A program made the translations under genes and the position numbers. From Lama guanicoe (Eukaryota), in NCBI GenBank assembly GCA_013239625.1, contig MU057102.1:3739782-3803781 (forward strand): DNA of 64,000 bases, given 5' to 3'. Positions 60,720-64,000 of the stretch are shown one piece after another. Every line of letters starts with the position of its first letter. Position 1 is the stretch's first letter. The notes under the pieces were generated by a model. The model was not told the DNA's origin. It searched no databases and saw only the letters and a program-made list of their open reading frames with translations.

Positions 60720-62345
60720 GTGAGCACCCCACGCGCCTGCGATTGGCAGGCCCCAGGTCCTGCTCTTGAGCCTTGTGGCCTGATGGTGCGAGGCTGCACC
60801 TTCAGGGTCCTTAGGGCCAGCCCCACATCCATGGCTCCCGCGCACCCCAGAACTTCAGGCCGTGGTTTAGGATGGGGAAGGAGGGCAGAGCCCGAGCACC
60901 AGCTGCCCCTCCCCATGTGGTCGGGGCAGCCCTGGTCCTCTGAGCCCTCTGAGCCCTCTGACCTGCAAGATGACTTGCAGGTCTGGGGTGACCATGGGCA
61001 CTGCCACCTACCCCTGTGGCTGATTTGGCCAACGGCTCCCACGAGCCACTGGAAAGTGTGGCCCCTGCCCAGGCAGGTGAGGATCCACCTTCCAGGGCTC
61101 GCCAGCTGCGAGCACGAGGCTGGGGGTCTCATAAGGGGTGCCAGGAAACCGTGTGGTCAGATCAGGGGCCAAGGGGCCAGTTCTGCTGGTCTGAAAGTGC
61201 AGGCTCTGGCAGGGAGAGGAGGTGGGGCTGGTGGGCTTTCCTCATGACGCATGTCACCTTAGCTGAGCGGTTTGCGCACTGATTGTGTGGCGTGTGCCAG
61301 GGCAGGTCTGGTTGCCCAGGGCCAGTGTAACATAGCACGTCCTGGGAGGGCCTGGGCTGGAGCTTCGTGCTGCCGTCCTGCCCAGAGGTTCTGAGAGCTG
61401 TGCCAGGGCGCGCTTCTCTGCCCTGTGCCCCCAGGCCGTTGCCACCTCGCTGTCAGGCTGCGAGTCCAGCCCCCGTGTCCTCCTGCCGCTCTTCCTTTCC
61501 AGGGAGGGTCATCTTGGCAGGTGGCCAGCCTGAGTCCTGGCCCCATATCCTGGCTCTGTGTTCATGCGTTGTGGGTCCAGCACGGCCAGGGCCCACTGGT
61601 TACTGCCTTGAGAAGGGCCAGCATGGACACACACACAAGGTTCATCAGCCATGTCTCAGAGCTGACTGACAGCCCGAAGGCCCCTTGTGTCAGGTTCCGC
61701 CCAGTTCTCTGACATCCACTGTTGCCGCCTGGTCATAGAGGCCCTGAAGAGGCCACAGATGACCGCGTGGCACGGGTATGCGTGTAGCCCTGCCTCCTCT
61801 CTTCGCGCTGACTTTTAGCACCATCACTACCTCTGCAGACCACACCCCTGGGGACCCTGACATTTCGGGGCCCACCTTTGGGTGTCACCACTCTGGTCAC
61901 ATCTGGACTGTGGCCAGGAGGCCCCTGCCTGCAGACTGAGCTGTAGCTCACGTGGCCTTTCTGTGCCTGGCTGGGACCACCCACCCACATATCCCCGCTC
62001 CCACACCCTTCTCTCCCTGATCATCTGTGGCCTCTGTGTCTGCCGGTGTCCCCGTACCTTGGGGACTAGCTGATTGCCTGCCTGGGCTGTGGCATGCGGC
62101 TGTCAGTGCCGGAGTCCATGCTGGTGTCCAGCAGATTCTGGGAGTGAGCTGAGTGAACATCCTGCAGATGGGGACGGAGGGCTGTGTGTGCCAAGAGGCT
62201 CCAGCCCGCTGATGGCGGCCAGTTTCTTCCCTTGCTGGGGTGCCGGGCGCTGGACAGTTCTCCTGGAGTGCTGGCGGTGGTGGCAGGATGTGCAGCCTAT
62301 GGGTTTTGGACGTGCCCCGCCCACCAAAGCCTGTCTCTCTTGCAG

Positions 62346-62469
62346 GCCTGGCAGTGGCAGAGTACGACCAACCCTACGGCGGGCTCCTGGACATTCTGCG
62401 GGGGGGCACCGAGCGCCTCTTCACCAACATCAAGGACACCTCCTCCAAGGTCATCCAGTCGGTCGCCAA
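62346..62469 (+). CDS. GAK: GAK exon 11
   Basis: LAVAEYDQPYGGLLDILRGGTERLFTNIKDTSSKVIQSVA. Confidence 0.95.
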
Positions 62470-63026
62470 GTGAGTCAGGGGCGTACAGGCATGTGGCGTC
62501 TCTGCAGTGAGATTTCCGAGCCCCGGGCACAGCCCTGTCTCCAAAGTTGGGAGAACCCATGCTTGCGGCCACGGGTGAGCGTGCTGAGCTCAGTGCCTGC
62601 GTGGCCTCAGCTGTCGGGCCCAGACCTGGGGCTGGGCTTGATGCTGCTGGTGGGGGTGGCCCCGTGTCCGCCCCCGCCATGGAGGATGTGTGGTGGGCAA
62701 GCGGGTGTGCAGGCGCTGGCGGTGTCACTCTCCTTGAGGGAGGCCCCGGCCTCGGCACCCCTCACGTCTGCGCTGCCCCTTCCTCCGGGGCCACAGCACA
62801 CAGCCTGCCTGACCGTGCTGCTGAGCTTCAACCAGGGAGCTCTCAGGAGTGCCACCTACCTTGTCCAGGGTGGCACTTTGTCTGCGTTTGTGAGACCCAC
62901 GGTCCTGCAGTGCCCACAGGCACCTGTTGGCTGCATTTCCCTTGTCCATCCTTTGTGCCATGGTTGCTTTGTGTCCATAGCTGTTGGCAGCACAGGCGAA
63001 GGCAGATGTGCACACGTGAGCGAGTA

Positions 63027-63092
63027 CGTGTGTGTGTGTGTGTATTGTACGTGAGGGCTGGTGTGCGGGCATGCGTGCGTGTGTGTGTGTGT
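63027..63092 (+). repeat. Imperfect (TG)n tracts
   Basis: Two TG runs read directly. Confidence 0.7.
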
Positions 63093-64000
63093 CATGCAGT
63101 TGGTGGGCTCCGTGGCTCTCACAGGCTCTATCTCCTACACGGTCTATCTGACGAGAAGGACCTTGCTTCCCGCTGCAGGCTGGGTGTCCAGCAGGGCAGG
63201 GCAGCTGCGTCATATGGCCCTTGGTGGCATCCCAGGCCTCGCCTCGTGGCTGGCAGAAGGGGCAGAGGAAACATTTATCCATCTGTGGGGGCTGGCTCCC
63301 TGGAGTGCTGGCTACGGAGACGGCAGCCATTGTGCAGCCTGAGGCGCGAGTTCTGGGGGTGGAAGCCAGCAGGGCCCGGGCGGGGCGTGGACGGGCAGAG
63401 GTGACCACTCAGCCTCATCTGTCACCTGCCAGTGCTTCTCACAGCAGGTGACCTCGCATGACGGCTCCATGCCTGGCTGCCTGGCGTGTGAGTGCCGCCC
63501 ACCCTCAGGGATGGGCGTGGGGTGCCGTGGGTTCTTGGGGTGGACCCGACTGAACGGCAGGCCCCAGTGACAACAAACGGGCTGTGAGGGAGTCTGGTCT
63601 GCCGCCTGAGGCTAGAGAAACGAGAGTCAGCGCGAGGCCGAGGTGCTTTCCCGCCGTGTCTGCAGTGGGCCCAGCAGGGCGGAGCGTGGATGCCGGGGCT
63701 GCGTCTGTGCGGTGCTGGAGTTCCAGAACCGTGGTGACCGCCCCGTGTGCACGTCCACGGATGTTCTGCATGTCCGTGTGTTCCGAAAAGCAGTTCTGGT
63801 GAGTAACTGCTTGGGACGGCTACTCACGAGGGCGGGGGTGGTGGCCGCTCATGCCTGCTGTAGCTGATTTCACACTCCACGCGACTCACGTGAGCATCTC
63901 AATGAGCCCAATTGCACCTCGGGCTGCGGCAGGACCAGGCCACACAGTGACGGGGCACCACGCGCACCCAAGGGCAGGTCCTTGTTGGGAACGGGGTTCC

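Larger units (their letters stand above)
37337..62469 (+). other. GAK: GAK gene span, coding exons 1-11 (continues beyond window); cyclin G-associated kinase / auxilin-2
   Basis: NAK-family kinase domain (AEGGFAFVY, ALK, HRDLKVEN, DFGSAT, TTPMYRTPE); the exon after 62469 was not found in the window. Confidence 0.97.

Noticed and set aside
62074-63404. Long ORFs (326 and 285 aa) around GAK exon 11
   Set aside because: Out of frame with GAK, low complexity, include TG repeats
63885-63894. Palindromic E-box CTCACGTGAG in a GAK intron (also TCACGTGA at 53002)
   Set aside because: Isolated 8-10-mers far from a TSS are expected by chance in 64 kb of GC-rich DNA
1-64000. A novel prokaryote-style system (CRISPR array, defence island, operon)
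   Set aside because: The window is spliced mammalian DNA with four well-known genes; there is no repeat-spacer array and no unexplained coding cluster

Overview
This is eukaryotic (mammalian), GC-rich genomic DNA, not a prokaryotic window. It is syntenic with the human 4p16.3 IDUA-DGKQ-TMEM175-GAK cluster, a known Parkinson's-disease association locus. Contents: IDUA exon 1 and promoter (- strand, gene runs off the left edge); a complete 23-exon DGKQ (+, 2844-nt CDS, 947 aa); a complete TMEM175 with 10 coding exons (-, 1521-nt CDS, 506 aa); and GAK exons 1-11 (+, gene runs off the right edge). All coding introns were read as GT-AG and the phases join without stops. There are three CpG islands, one of which is the TMEM175/GAK bidirectional promoter. 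Introns carry old L1/L2/MIR/LTR/DNA-transposon fragments and two tRNA-derived SINEs that look camelid-type, which tentatively suggests a camel/llama/alpaca genome. Nearly all ORFs in the supplied track are GC-content artefacts. I see no new multi-gene system. The best leads are: (1) GAK encodes Met at kinase gatekeeper position 123, where human has Thr; (2) TMEM175 differs at both human PD-variant positions and gains an N-I-S sequon beside His57; (3) DGKQ intron 20 has mirtron-like geometry; (4) DGKQ and TMEM175 may have overlapping convergent 3'UTRs; (5) a palindromic patchwork insertion. Human residues and repeat-family names are recalled from memory and need checking by alignment.
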